In this document: positions 48,810 through 57,454 of the stretch, one piece after another
Layout: the number at the start of each line of letters is the position of its first letter
Position numbering within the stretch: the stretch's first letter is position 1
Source: Terriglobia bacterium
Lineage (GTDB): Bacteria > Acidobacteriota > Polarisedimenticolia > Polarisedimenticolales > JAIQFR01
Direction: 5' to 3'
Assembly (NCBI GenBank): GCA_963748015.1
Contig: CAVVHE010000006.1
Coordinates: 204,828-268,827, forward strand
DNA: 64,000 nucleotides
Translations under genes and position numbers: made by a program
The notes under the pieces: model-generated
What the model was told of the DNA's origin: nothing
The model's database searches: none
The model's input: only the letters and a program-made list of their open reading frames with translations

Positions 48810-50228
48810 TCAGAACGGTCCCCAGCGCAGCAGCACCGGCGGGATGAGCAGGAGCAGGCTCAGCGCGACCAAGACCAGCATCAGCGGCAGGAACCATCGC
48901 GCCCACTTGTCCCACGGGATCTTCGCCATGCCGAGCACGCCCATCGTCACCGCCGACGTGGGGAGGATCGGGTTCACGAACTCGCACAGCTGGAAGGCGT
49001 ACACCGTCGTCTGCCTCGTCAGGCCGACGAGGTCGGAGAGCGGCGCCATGATCGGCATGGTCAGCGCGGCCTGCGCGGTCCCGGAGTGGATGAAGAAGTT
49101 GATCCCGGACTGCACCACGAACATCATCTGGGCCGCCACGACCTGCGGCAAGGCCGAGATCGCGAGCGAGCTGTAGTACAGCACGGTGTCCAGGATCTGC
49201 CCCTCCCTCGCCAGGATGAGCAGCGCGCGCCCGCAGGCGATGATGAGCGTGACGTTGACCATGTCCTTGGCGCCGGACAGGAAGTTCGTCGCGATCGCGC
49301 TGGGGCGAAGGCCCGCGACGGCCCCCATCACGAGCCCCATGCCGAGGAACAGCGCGCCGATCTCCTCGATGAACCACTGCTTCTCGAGTATCCCCCAGAC
49401 GAGAGCGACCATCCCGGCGAAGAACAGGGCCAGCACCGCCGCGTGCCGCCGCGTCCAGGGGGGGATCTCCCCGGCGAGCGTGCCCTCGTGGGCCCCGCGC
49501 TCGCGGTCGAGCTCGTAGACGGGGCTCGACTCGGGGCGGCGCTTCACGCGCGCGGCGTAGATCATGACCCAGACGATCATCACCGACGTGCCGACGACCC
49601 AGGTCAGCACGCGGTACCCGAGCCCGGAGTAGAGGGGGAGTCCGACGAGCCCCTGCGCCACGCCGACCGTGAAGGGATTGAAGAAGGCCGCCGCGAATCC
49701 CGCTGCGGCGCCGAGGAAGGGGATCGAAACCCCCACGATCGAGTCGTAGCCGAGCGAGATCGCGAGGGGAACGAAGATGAGGACGAACGGGATCGTCTCC
49801 TCGGCCATGCCGAAGATCGAGCCGGCGAGGGAGAAGACGATCATCAGCACCGGGATGGTGAGCTTCTCGAGGAACGGCCTCGTGGTCAGGGCGCCGGTGA
49901 TCCTGCGGATCGCGAACTCGACCGAGCCGGTCGCCTGGACGACGCTGAAGGCCCCGCCGATCGCCAGCAGGAATCCGATGATGAGCGCCCCGTCCTTGAA
50001 GCCCTTGAGCGGCGAGGTCAGCAGCCAGTGCGGGCCGAGATAGGACTTCTCGACGCGCTGGTAGGTGCCGGGCACCGTGACCTGGCGGCCGTCCTTCTCG
50101 ACGCGCTGGTAGGCGCCCGACGGGACAATCCACGAGAGGACCAGCACGATCAGGACGAGGGAGGCCACGATCACCAGCGTGTGGGGCATGCGGAAGGGCT
50201 GCCGGGTCGCCCTGCTTGCTTCGGCCAT
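48810..50228 (-). CDS. YfcC/DcuC (ArcD-like) family transporter
   Basis: MPHTLVI, FGMAEE, NPFTVGVAQ, SGTAQAALTMPIMAPL; about 12 TM helices. Confidence 0.9.
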   Translation of the reverse strand: MAEASRATRQPFRMPHTLVIVASLVLIVLVLSWIVPSGAYQRVEKDGRQVTVPGTYQRVEKSYLGPHWLLTSPLKGFKDGALIIGFLLAIGGAFSVVQATGSVEFAIRRITGALTTRPFLEKLTIPVLMIVFSLAGSIFGMAEETIPFVLIFVPLAISLGYDSIVGVSIPFLGAAAGFAAAFFNPFTVGVAQGLVGLPLYSGLGYRVLTWVVGTSVMIVWVMIYAARVKRRPESSPVYELDRERGAHEGTLAGEIPPWTRRHAAVLALFFAGMVALVWGILEKQWFIEEIGALFLGMGLVMGAVAGLRPSAIATNFLSGAKDMVNVTLIIACGRALLILAREGQILDTVLYYSSLAISALPQVVAAQMMFVVQSGINFFIHSGTAQAALTMPIMAPLSDLVGLTRQTTVYAFQLCEFVNPILPTSAVTMGVLGMAKIPWDKWARWFLPLMLVLVALSLLLLIPPVLLRWGPF

Positions 50229-50252
50229 GCGTGGCACCTCCGTCCGCCGCGC

Positions 50253-51344
50253 TCAGGAGAGGAGCGCCATCGCGATCGCGGCCCCCTTCTCGAGGTCCTC
50301 GAGGAGGATGAGCTCGTCGTTGCCGTGCGGGTTCTGCGCCCCGATCCCGAGGTTGATCGCGGGGAGCCCCCGCGCGTTGAGAGAGTTGGCGTCGGAGCCT
50401 CCGGCCGAGATCCGGGGGACGGGCTCGAGCCCGGCCTTCCCGAGCGCCGCCGCCACCCGCCGGTAGAGCTCCTTCGACTCGTCCACCTCGTAGGGCTCGA
50501 AGTCCCACTGCGCGTCGAAGGTCAGCGCCGCCCCGGCGCGCTCCGCCTCCGCGAGAAAGATCTCGTGGAAGCGGGCAACCAACGCCTCGACGCGCGCGGG
50601 GTGCAGCGAGCGCACCTCGGCGTCGAGCGTCGTCTCCTCGGGGACGACGTTGACGGCGGAGCCGCCGCGGATGATGCCGACGTTGGCGGTGGTCTCCGCG
50701 TCCACCCGGCCGAGCGGGAGCGCGGCGATCGCCCTCGCTGCCACCGCGATCGAGCTGACGCCCTTCTCGGGGGCGATGCCGGAATGGGAGGCGCGCCCGC
50801 GAACGGCGACCTTGATGGCCTGGCAGCCGTAAGAGCGGCAGATGAACCGCCCGGGCCGCTCCGAGGAATCGAACAGCACGGCCATGAGGATCGCGGGGTC
50901 GAACCGGATGTGCCGCGAGCCGCCGAGCGTGGTTTCCTCGGCCACCGTGAACCCGAGCGTGAAATCCCGGCGGCCGCCTCCTGTGCTCAGCGCCTTCTCG
51001 GCGGCGTAGAGGAGCATCGCGATCCCGGCGCGGTCGTCCACGCCGAGCACGGTCGTCCCGTCGCTCGTGATGCGGTCGGCGTGCACGACCGCCACCGATC
51101 CGCCCGACGGACGCGCGGTGTCCATGTGGGCCATCATCGCGAGGTCGCCGCCGCTGCCCGCGCGGGCGATCAGGTTCCCCGCGTTGCCACCCGAGGCGGC
51201 GCCGGCGTCGTCCTCGCGGACCTCCATCCCGAGATCCTCGAGAAAGCGTCGGAGGTGATCGGCGACCGCCCGCTCTCTTCCGGAGGTCCCCTCGATTCTC
51301 GCCACCTCGAGGAACAGATCCACCAACCGCTGGTCGATCGCCAT
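50253..51344 (-). CDS. M20 family peptidase T-like metallopeptidase
   Basis: AHMDT, LGVDDRAG, AEE, GGSDAN, PHGNDE; alternative start 51398. Confidence 0.9.
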   Translation of the reverse strand: MAIDQRLVDLFLEVARIEGTSGRERAVADHLRRFLEDLGMEVREDDAGAASGGNAGNLIARAGSGGDLAMMAHMDTARPSGGSVAVVHADRITSDGTTVLGVDDRAGIAMLLYAAEKALSTGGGRRDFTLGFTVAEETTLGGSRHIRFDPAILMAVLFDSSERPGRFICRSYGCQAIKVAVRGRASHSGIAPEKGVSSIAVAARAIAALPLGRVDAETTANVGIIRGGSAVNVVPEETTLDAEVRSLHPARVEALVARFHEIFLAEAERAGAALTFDAQWDFEPYEVDESKELYRRVAAALGKAGLEPVPRISAGGSDANSLNARGLPAINLGIGAQNPHGNDELILLEDLEKGAAIAMALLS

Positions 51345-51435
51345 CCGCGTCTCCCATCCCGATCCCTCGAGCGGGCACCGGCCGGAGAGGCTCGACATTC
51401 ACCTTACATTCGCGTCACGGGCAGCATTTTCTCGA

Positions 51436-51465
51436 TTGACAACAGCCAGAGTCTACCACTAGGGT
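51436..51465 (+). promoter_or_regulatory. Sigma70-type promoter for gntR in the divergent intergenic region
   Basis: TTGACA (51436-51441)-N18-TAGGGT (51460-51465) followed by an AT-rich patch. Confidence 0.5.
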
Positions 51466-51478
51466 TCCATTAAATATT

Positions 51479-52183
51479 ATGTATCGCACAGGCGGTACCG
51501 AAGCGAGTCAGTCCGACGGTTCTCCGCGGCAACTGCGGCAGTGGGTAGTGGATCGCCTTCGCGGGGACATCCTCGAGGGCCGGATCCCCGTCGGAGAGTG
51601 GCTCAGGCAGGAGAGACTCGCGCGGGAGCTGGGGGTCAGCCAGACACCCGTCCGCGAGGCTTTGAAGCAGCTCGCGGCCGATGGCGTCGTCGAGCACGTT
51701 CCTTACCGGGGCATGCGCGTCGTGCCTTTCACTCCCGAGGACGTCGAGGACCTGTACGCCAGCCGGCTGATCGAGGAGGGACGCGCGGCGCGCTTCGCCG
51801 CGGCGCGCATCAGCGCGGCGGAGCTCGACGAGCTGCGGCGGCTCCACGCGCGGATGCGCGCCTGCGAGACCCCGCGCGATCTCGCCGAGTACCGCGAGCT
51901 GAACCGGCGGTTCCATCTCGCGATCATCGGGGCGTCGAAGCGCCCGTTCTTGGTCCGCTCGCTAGGCCAGCTCTGGACCGCCTTCCCCACCATGTTGTGG
52001 GGGGTCATCCCGGGGGTCGCGGCGGGGTCCGCGCCCGGCCGCGACGACCCGGACGCCGCGGAGCACGAGGAGATCGTGTCCGCGCTCGCCGCTCGCGACG
52101 AGGATCGCGCCGAACGTGCCGTCAGGGAGCACATCCAATCCGCTGGGATCGCCCTCGTCGCGGCGATGAGGGCTGCTCGTTGA
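51479..52183 (+). CDS. GntR family (FCD) transcriptional regulator
   Basis: LARELGVSQTPVREAL HTH; NRRFH and EHEEI FCD motifs. Confidence 0.93.
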   Translation: MYRTGGTEASQSDGSPRQLRQWVVDRLRGDILEGRIPVGEWLRQERLARELGVSQTPVREALKQLAADGVVEHVPYRGMRVVPFTPEDVEDLYASRLIEEGRAARFAAARISAAELDELRRLHARMRACETPRDLAEYRELNRRFHLAIIGASKRPFLVRSLGQLWTAFPTMLWGVIPGVAAGSAPGRDDPDAAEHEEIVSALAARDEDRAERAVREHIQSAGIALVAAMRAAR

Positions 52184-52301
52184 GAGTCGCGGGTTCCTCT
52201 TCTTTCTCGGTGGACAGCGCCACGGCCGAACCGGTCGTGCCTCGGACGCGAGGTGGTCGCGGCCCGGGGTGCGGGCGGCGCCCGGCGCCGGAGGGGGCGG
52301 T

Positions 52302-55064
52302 ATGAGAGCGAAGATCTGGGTTGTTTCCGTCGTCCTGCTGCTCGGTCTCCTCACCTCGGCGTGGGCGCAGACCACCATCTCGGGGAGTTTGACGGGCATC
52401 GTCAAGGATCCCAAGGCCTTGCCCATGGCGAACGTGACCGTGACCGTGTCGTCGGACGCGCTCGTCAGCCGGAAGGCGCAGTCCATCACGGACGCGAACG
52501 GGGTGTACCGGTTCCCGTCCCTGCCTCCCGGTAAGTACGTCATCGAGACCCAACTCATCGGGTACAAGACGGCGAAACGGGGCGATATCGTCGTCCAGGC
52601 GGGGCGTTCGCTCGCGATGGACCTGCAGCTCGAGATGGGCGACTTCAAGGAAGAGGTCACCGTGAGCGGCCGGGCGCCGATCGTGAGCATCGTGGACAAC
52701 AAGGTCGGCGCGAACTTCGACAGCGAGTTCATCGAGGACCGGCCGGTTCCGCGGAACTACTACCAGGTCATCCGGGCGGCGCCGGGCGTGAACGTGGACT
52801 ACACCGGCTCGAGCGGGAGCGCGATGCTCGCCTACGGCGGCACGAGCGAGGGGCAGAACGGGTTCACGATCGACGGGGTCAACGTGGCCGACGCAGCGGC
52901 CGGCCAGCACTGGGTCCTCCCGAGCATCCAGTGGATGGAGGAGATCCAGATCGGCGGCCTCGGCGCGAACGCCGAGTACGGCGGTTTCACCGGGGGCCTC
53001 ATCAACGGCGTGACGAAGTCGGGAGGGAACGAGTTCCACGGCGACGTGGAGTACTACTACCAGCCGGAGTCCTGGACCGCCAACAACGATCCCACCGGTG
53101 TCCAGCAGACCTACAAGTTCAGCGACTTCGCCGCGAGCTTCGGCGGTCCGGTGGTCAAGGACAAGCTCTGGTTCTTCGTCTCCGCCGAGCGATGGAACCA
53201 GGTGACGACCCCGTACGGGGCGATCGACACGTCGGACCGCTTGATCCCTCGGTACCTCGCCAAGCTCACCTGGCAGGCGAACGCGGCGAACCGCCTGATG
53301 CTGATGGCGGAGTACGACTCGGTGGACAACGAGCGCCGCGGGATCAGCGAACTCGTGCTCCCCGACGCCACGTCGCACCAGAAGGCCCCCGGCAACATGA
53401 TCGCGCTGCACTGGGACTCGATCATCAGCCAGAGCCTCTTCCTCAACATGAAGGTCACCGGCTACGACGGGAAGGACGACTACCTGCCGTATCACGGGAC
53501 GGACCTCCCGGGACGCAACGACTACTGGAACACGGAATACGAGTGGCAGAACCAGGACATCCAGGAGCTCAACCATCGCCGGATCATCACCTACGACGGC
53601 TCGGCGACCATCTACAAGAACGGCCTGTTCGGCGGCAGCGACACCCACGCGTTCAAGTTCGGCGTGGTCTACGAGGAGGGAAGGTCCGAGGACGTCTGGA
53701 GACGGAACGGCGGGTTCACCTACTTCGACGACTCGTCGGCCTGCGAGAGCCTGGACGCGTACTTCGCGAACCCGCAGTGCGGCGTCACCGAAGACGCGTT
53801 CATCGAGCGGGGCTACGGCGAGTACGACGAGGCGCCGAAGTACAGCGGCCTCGCCTTCTACGCCCAGGACTCGATGCGCATCGGCAGGTTCACCGTGAAT
53901 CCCGGCATCCGGCAGGGGAGCTACGACGGCGGCTGGCAGGCGGGGCGCGGCAACCCGAGCGTGTACAAGACCACCTTCTGGGACCCGCGCATCGGCGTCA
54001 TCTGGGACGTTCGCGGCGACGAGCGGACCGCGATCAAGGCGCACTGGGGCCGCTACCACGACAAGGTCTACACGTACATGTGGGACCGCGAGGCGTCCGG
54101 CAAGGCGGTCATCCCCGACCAGGACTGCTACTGGAACCCCGACACCGGCGAATACGACCTCTGCGACACCCCGACGACGATCGCCGCCAGGATGGGCAAC
54201 GTGGAGCAGCCCTATGCGGACGAGACGGTCCTCACCTTCGAGCAGGCGCTCGGGAAGCAGATGCTGGTCGGCGTGGACGTGATCGATCGTAGGTTCCGGA
54301 ACATCATCACGATGATCAACGCGAACGAGGACTACACGCTGAGCACCGACCTGGGTTTGCCGGAGATCACGAACCCGCTCACCGGCGAGCCCCTGCCGGT
54401 CTGGGTCCTCAACTCGGCCCCCGATTTCGTGCTGACCACCGACAACGGCGCGTACCGCGATTTCCAGTCCGTGGTGCTGCGCTTCGACAAGCGCTACGCG
54501 GACCGCTGGTCGGGAAGCGCCTCGGTCGTCTGGACCGACCTCAACGGCAACGTCCTCAAGAACAACGGCTACGCCCCCGAGTACGAGGACCGGAACGGCC
54601 TGACCAACGGGGACGGCCGGATGGACTACGCCTACAGCAAGTGGGAAGTCAAGCTGAACGGGACCTATGACCTGCCCCTCGGGTTCCAGGTGGGCGGCCA
54701 GTATGTCTACTACTCCGGCTGGTACTGGACGCCGTACACGAGGATCGCCGACCTCGGAGATTACGGCTACAACGGAAGCACGGGCCGGAACATCAACCTG
54801 CTCCCGCGCGGTTCGGAGCAGTTCCCGAGCCGGAACCTCCTCGACCTTCGCATCGCGTGGGCGAAGCAGTTCCGCAACATGAAGCTGACCGCGGCGCTCG
54901 AGAGCTTCAACACGCTCAACGACGCCACCGTCCTCGACGTTTACAACCGCCAGTCGAATTGCTACCTCGAGGACGGATCCTGCTACGAGAGGAGCAACTA
55001 CGGCGACACCTACCAGATCGAGTCTCCCCGGCAGATCCGGGCGAGCGTGAGGTTCTCGTTCTGA
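52302..55064 (+). CDS. TonB-dependent receptor (Oar-like, carboxypeptidase-regulatory-like N-terminus)
   Basis: Signal peptide; TDANGVYRF; AEYGGFTGGLIN.VTKSG; FGGPVVKDKLWFF; C-terminal PRQIRASVRFSF. Confidence 0.92.
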   Translation: MRAKIWVVSVVLLLGLLTSAWAQTTISGSLTGIVKDPKALPMANVTVTVSSDALVSRKAQSITDANGVYRFPSLPPGKYVIETQLIGYKTAKRGDIVVQAGRSLAMDLQLEMGDFKEEVTVSGRAPIVSIVDNKVGANFDSEFIEDRPVPRNYYQVIRAAPGVNVDYTGSSGSAMLAYGGTSEGQNGFTIDGVNVADAAAGQHWVLPSIQWMEEIQIGGLGANAEYGGFTGGLINGVTKSGGNEFHGDVEYYYQPESWTANNDPTGVQQTYKFSDFAASFGGPVVKDKLWFFVSAERWNQVTTPYGAIDTSDRLIPRYLAKLTWQANAANRLMLMAEYDSVDNERRGISELVLPDATSHQKAPGNMIALHWDSIISQSLFLNMKVTGYDGKDDYLPYHGTDLPGRNDYWNTEYEWQNQDIQELNHRRIITYDGSATIYKNGLFGGSDTHAFKFGVVYEEGRSEDVWRRNGGFTYFDDSSACESLDAYFANPQCGVTEDAFIERGYGEYDEAPKYSGLAFYAQDSMRIGRFTVNPGIRQGSYDGGWQAGRGNPSVYKTTFWDPRIGVIWDVRGDERTAIKAHWGRYHDKVYTYMWDREASGKAVIPDQDCYWNPDTGEYDLCDTPTTIAARMGNVEQPYADETVLTFEQALGKQMLVGVDVIDRRFRNIITMINANEDYTLSTDLGLPEITNPLTGEPLPVWVLNSAPDFVLTTDNGAYRDFQSVVLRFDKRYADRWSGSASVVWTDLNGNVLKNNGYAPEYEDRNGLTNGDGRMDYAYSKWEVKLNGTYDLPLGFQVGGQYVYYSGWYWTPYTRIADLGDYGYNGSTGRNINLLPRGSEQFPSRNLLDLRIAWAKQFRNMKLTAALESFNTLNDATVLDVYNRQSNCYLEDGSCYERSNYGDTYQIESPRQIRASVRFSF

Positions 55065-55159
55065 GCCGGAAAGCGTGACCGGCGCCGGGGCGGCCGACGG
55101 GCCGCCCCGGCGCGCGCGCGCGGCCCTCCCCGGGCCGCGTCCGGTTTCTGGAGCCTTTC

Positions 55160-56044
55160 ATGAAGCAGCTCTTCTTCTGTCTCGCGGTCGTCCTGGCCGC
55201 CGCGGGGGCTCTTGCCCAGGCGCCTCAGCCCGCGGGCGACCTGATCCTGATCGGCGGCGGGGACAAGCCGGACGCGGCGATGCGGAAGTTCGTCGAGCTC
55301 GCCGGAGGCCCGCAGTCGCCCATCGTGGTGATCCCGACGGCTTCGACCGAAAAGAGCACCCGCAAGTACTACGCGAAGCAGTTCCGCGAGGAGCTCGGCT
55401 GCACCGCGGCGACCGTTCTCGACATAAGGAAACGAGAGGACGCGACGCGGCCCGACTTCGTGGAGGCGGTCGCGAACGCCCGCGGCATCTTCTTCGGCGG
55501 CGGCGACCAGGTGCGAATCACGACCGCGCTGCTCGACACCCCGGTGGGCAAGGCGATCGCCGACGCGTTCGCGCGCGGCGCCGTCGTGGGCGGCACCTCG
55601 GCCGGGACCGCGTGCCAGAGCGGGCCGATGATCACCGGCGAGGGGGACTTCACGGTGATCCGGGCGAACGCGGTGGAGCTCAAACCGGGATTCGGCTTCT
55701 TCCGCGGCGTGATCGTGGACCAGCACTTCATCGCGCGGCAGCGCTCGAACCGCCTGATCTCGGTGATCCTCGAGCACCCCGACCTGCTCGGCGTGGGCGT
55801 CGACGAGGACACGGCGGTCTGGGTCCGGCCCGACGGCACCTTCCGCGTGATCGGAAAGGGGTCCGTGATGGTGATCGACCCCTCGGGGGCCTCGATCCGC
55901 CGCGGCGTCGAGGCCGGGGGCAAGGACCTTCTCGGCGTGCACGACCTGCGCGTACACGTACTGCTCGACGGCGAGGAGTACGACCCGGTCAAGCGGGCCG
56001 TGATCGTCCGCGGCGGCGCGGGCGGGGAAAGGAGCGGATCATGA
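55160..56044 (+). CDS. Secreted cyanophycinase (peptidase S51, CphE/CphB-like)
   Basis: Signal peptide; LIGGG, GGGDQ, GGTSAG (Ser), DQHFIARQRSNRL (His plus Arg pocket), GVDEDT (Glu). Confidence 0.88.
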   Translation: MKQLFFCLAVVLAAAGALAQAPQPAGDLILIGGGDKPDAAMRKFVELAGGPQSPIVVIPTASTEKSTRKYYAKQFREELGCTAATVLDIRKREDATRPDFVEAVANARGIFFGGGDQVRITTALLDTPVGKAIADAFARGAVVGGTSAGTACQSGPMITGEGDFTVIRANAVELKPGFGFFRGVIVDQHFIARQRSNRLISVILEHPDLLGVGVDEDTAVWVRPDGTFRVIGKGSVMVIDPSGASIRRGVEAGGKDLLGVHDLRVHVLLDGEEYDPVKRAVIVRGGAGGERSGS

Positions 56045-57396
56045 CCTGCGTCCTCGGGCGTCTCGCCACGCGCACCACTCCCGGGCTCTCCCTCGGAGCG
56101 GCCCTCGTCGTCTCGCTCGTTGCCGTCCAGGCGGCGGAGCCGCCGGCCCCCATGGCCTGGGACCCGTCGAAGTCGGTCTACAACCGGCGGATCCGCCCCG
56201 TCGAGCCCGCGGAGAAAATCGACTGGGAGGGGCGCGTGTCGAGGCTCCTCGTCGAGGCCCAGGGCGACACGATCCTCACCGCGGTCGGCGACATGATCTT
56301 CAACCAGCAGATCTCGAACCTGCCGGAGCCTTACCACCAGCAGCTCTTCCGGGTCATGCAGGAGGCCGACCTCGCGTACGGCAATCTCGAGTTCTCGATG
56401 AACGACCACCCGGAGCTGCAGCGGCCGTTCTACAACTTCAGGGCGTCTCCCGAGTTCGCGTGGGAGGTCGCCGCGATCGGCATCAACCTCGTGAGCATGG
56501 CCAACAACCACGCTCTCGACTTCGGCCCCGAGGGGCTCCGGGACTGCCTGAAGGCGCTCGACCGCGCGAACATCACGTACGCCGGCGCGGGGATGACCCT
56601 CGCCGACGCGCGCGCCCCCGGGACGACGCGCGTCCAGAGCCGCAAGACCCGGTACGCCCTCCTCTCGTACATGCGCTACTGGACGCAGAAGTACCGCTGC
56701 TCCGATCCCGCCGGCGCGTGCCTGGCGACGATCAATCCCGCCACGATCCTGGTCGCCAAGAAGGGTGGCGGGGAGGAGGCGGTGGAAGGGCTTCTCGAGA
56801 GCGACATCCAGGCGATGGAGGACGACATCGTCCTCGCGAAGCGGCACAACGACTTCGTCCTCGTCTCCCTTCACAACCACGACCTGAGCCACCACCGCGC
56901 GTACGGCATCCAGGACACGACCCCGCCCAACGACGAGATCATGTACCGGCGCGCGATCGACGCCGGGGCGGACGTCGTGCTCGGCAGCGGCCCGCACGTA
57001 TTGCGCGGGATCGAGATCTACAAGGGGAAGCCGATCTTCTACAGCCTTTCCGACTTCATCTACCAGTACCGCACCCCGGACAAGATCCCGATCGACCTGA
57101 TCCACCAGCGCGACTCGGAGCTCGAGCGGCCGAACAACGTGTCCGTGTGGGACCGGCGCGATCCCGAGTCGATCTTCGAGGGGGTCCTGGTCCGCTTCAC
57201 GGTCAACGCCGACAAGCTGAAGCGGATCGAGCTCCTCCCCGTCACGATCGATGACGAGGGGCCGCTCTACGGGGTGCCCCGGCTCGCGGGCACGAAGCGC
57301 GGCAAGGAGATCCTGGATCGGGTGAGAAAACTGTCGGAGCCATACCGGACGAAGATCGTCTCGAAGGACTGGTACGCGGAGGTGCCGCTCCCCTGA
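56041..57396 (+). CDS. CapA/PGA_cap family metallophosphatase-fold protein, exported
   Basis: AVGD, GNLE, ANNHALDFG, GADVVLGSGPH, YSLSDF; ATGA overlap with the cyanophycinase gene. Confidence 0.88.
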   Translation: MTCVLGRLATRTTPGLSLGAALVVSLVAVQAAEPPAPMAWDPSKSVYNRRIRPVEPAEKIDWEGRVSRLLVEAQGDTILTAVGDMIFNQQISNLPEPYHQQLFRVMQEADLAYGNLEFSMNDHPELQRPFYNFRASPEFAWEVAAIGINLVSMANNHALDFGPEGLRDCLKALDRANITYAGAGMTLADARAPGTTRVQSRKTRYALLSYMRYWTQKYRCSDPAGACLATINPATILVAKKGGGEEAVEGLLESDIQAMEDDIVLAKRHNDFVLVSLHNHDLSHHRAYGIQDTTPPNDEIMYRRAIDAGADVVLGSGPHVLRGIEIYKGKPIFYSLSDFIYQYRTPDKIPIDLIHQRDSELERPNNVSVWDRRDPESIFEGVLVRFTVNADKLKRIELLPVTIDDEGPLYGVPRLAGTKRGKEILDRVRKLSEPYRTKIVSKDWYAEVPLP

Positions 57397-57401
57397 ACGA
57401 C

Positions 57402-57425
57402 GGAGGGGGCCCGAAGGCCCCCTCC
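57402..57425. terminator. Stem-loop between convergent genes
   Basis: GGAGGGGGCC-CGAA-GGCCCCCTCC perfect 10-bp stem, no U-tract. Confidence 0.6.
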
Positions 57426-57454
57426 ACGGTCCTACCGTTCTTCCTTCCTACGCT

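Noticed and set aside
55160..57396. Cyanophycin or poly-gamma-glutamate biosynthesis operon
   Set aside because: No cphA or capB/capC ligase; the signal peptides and TonB receptor point to uptake and degradation.
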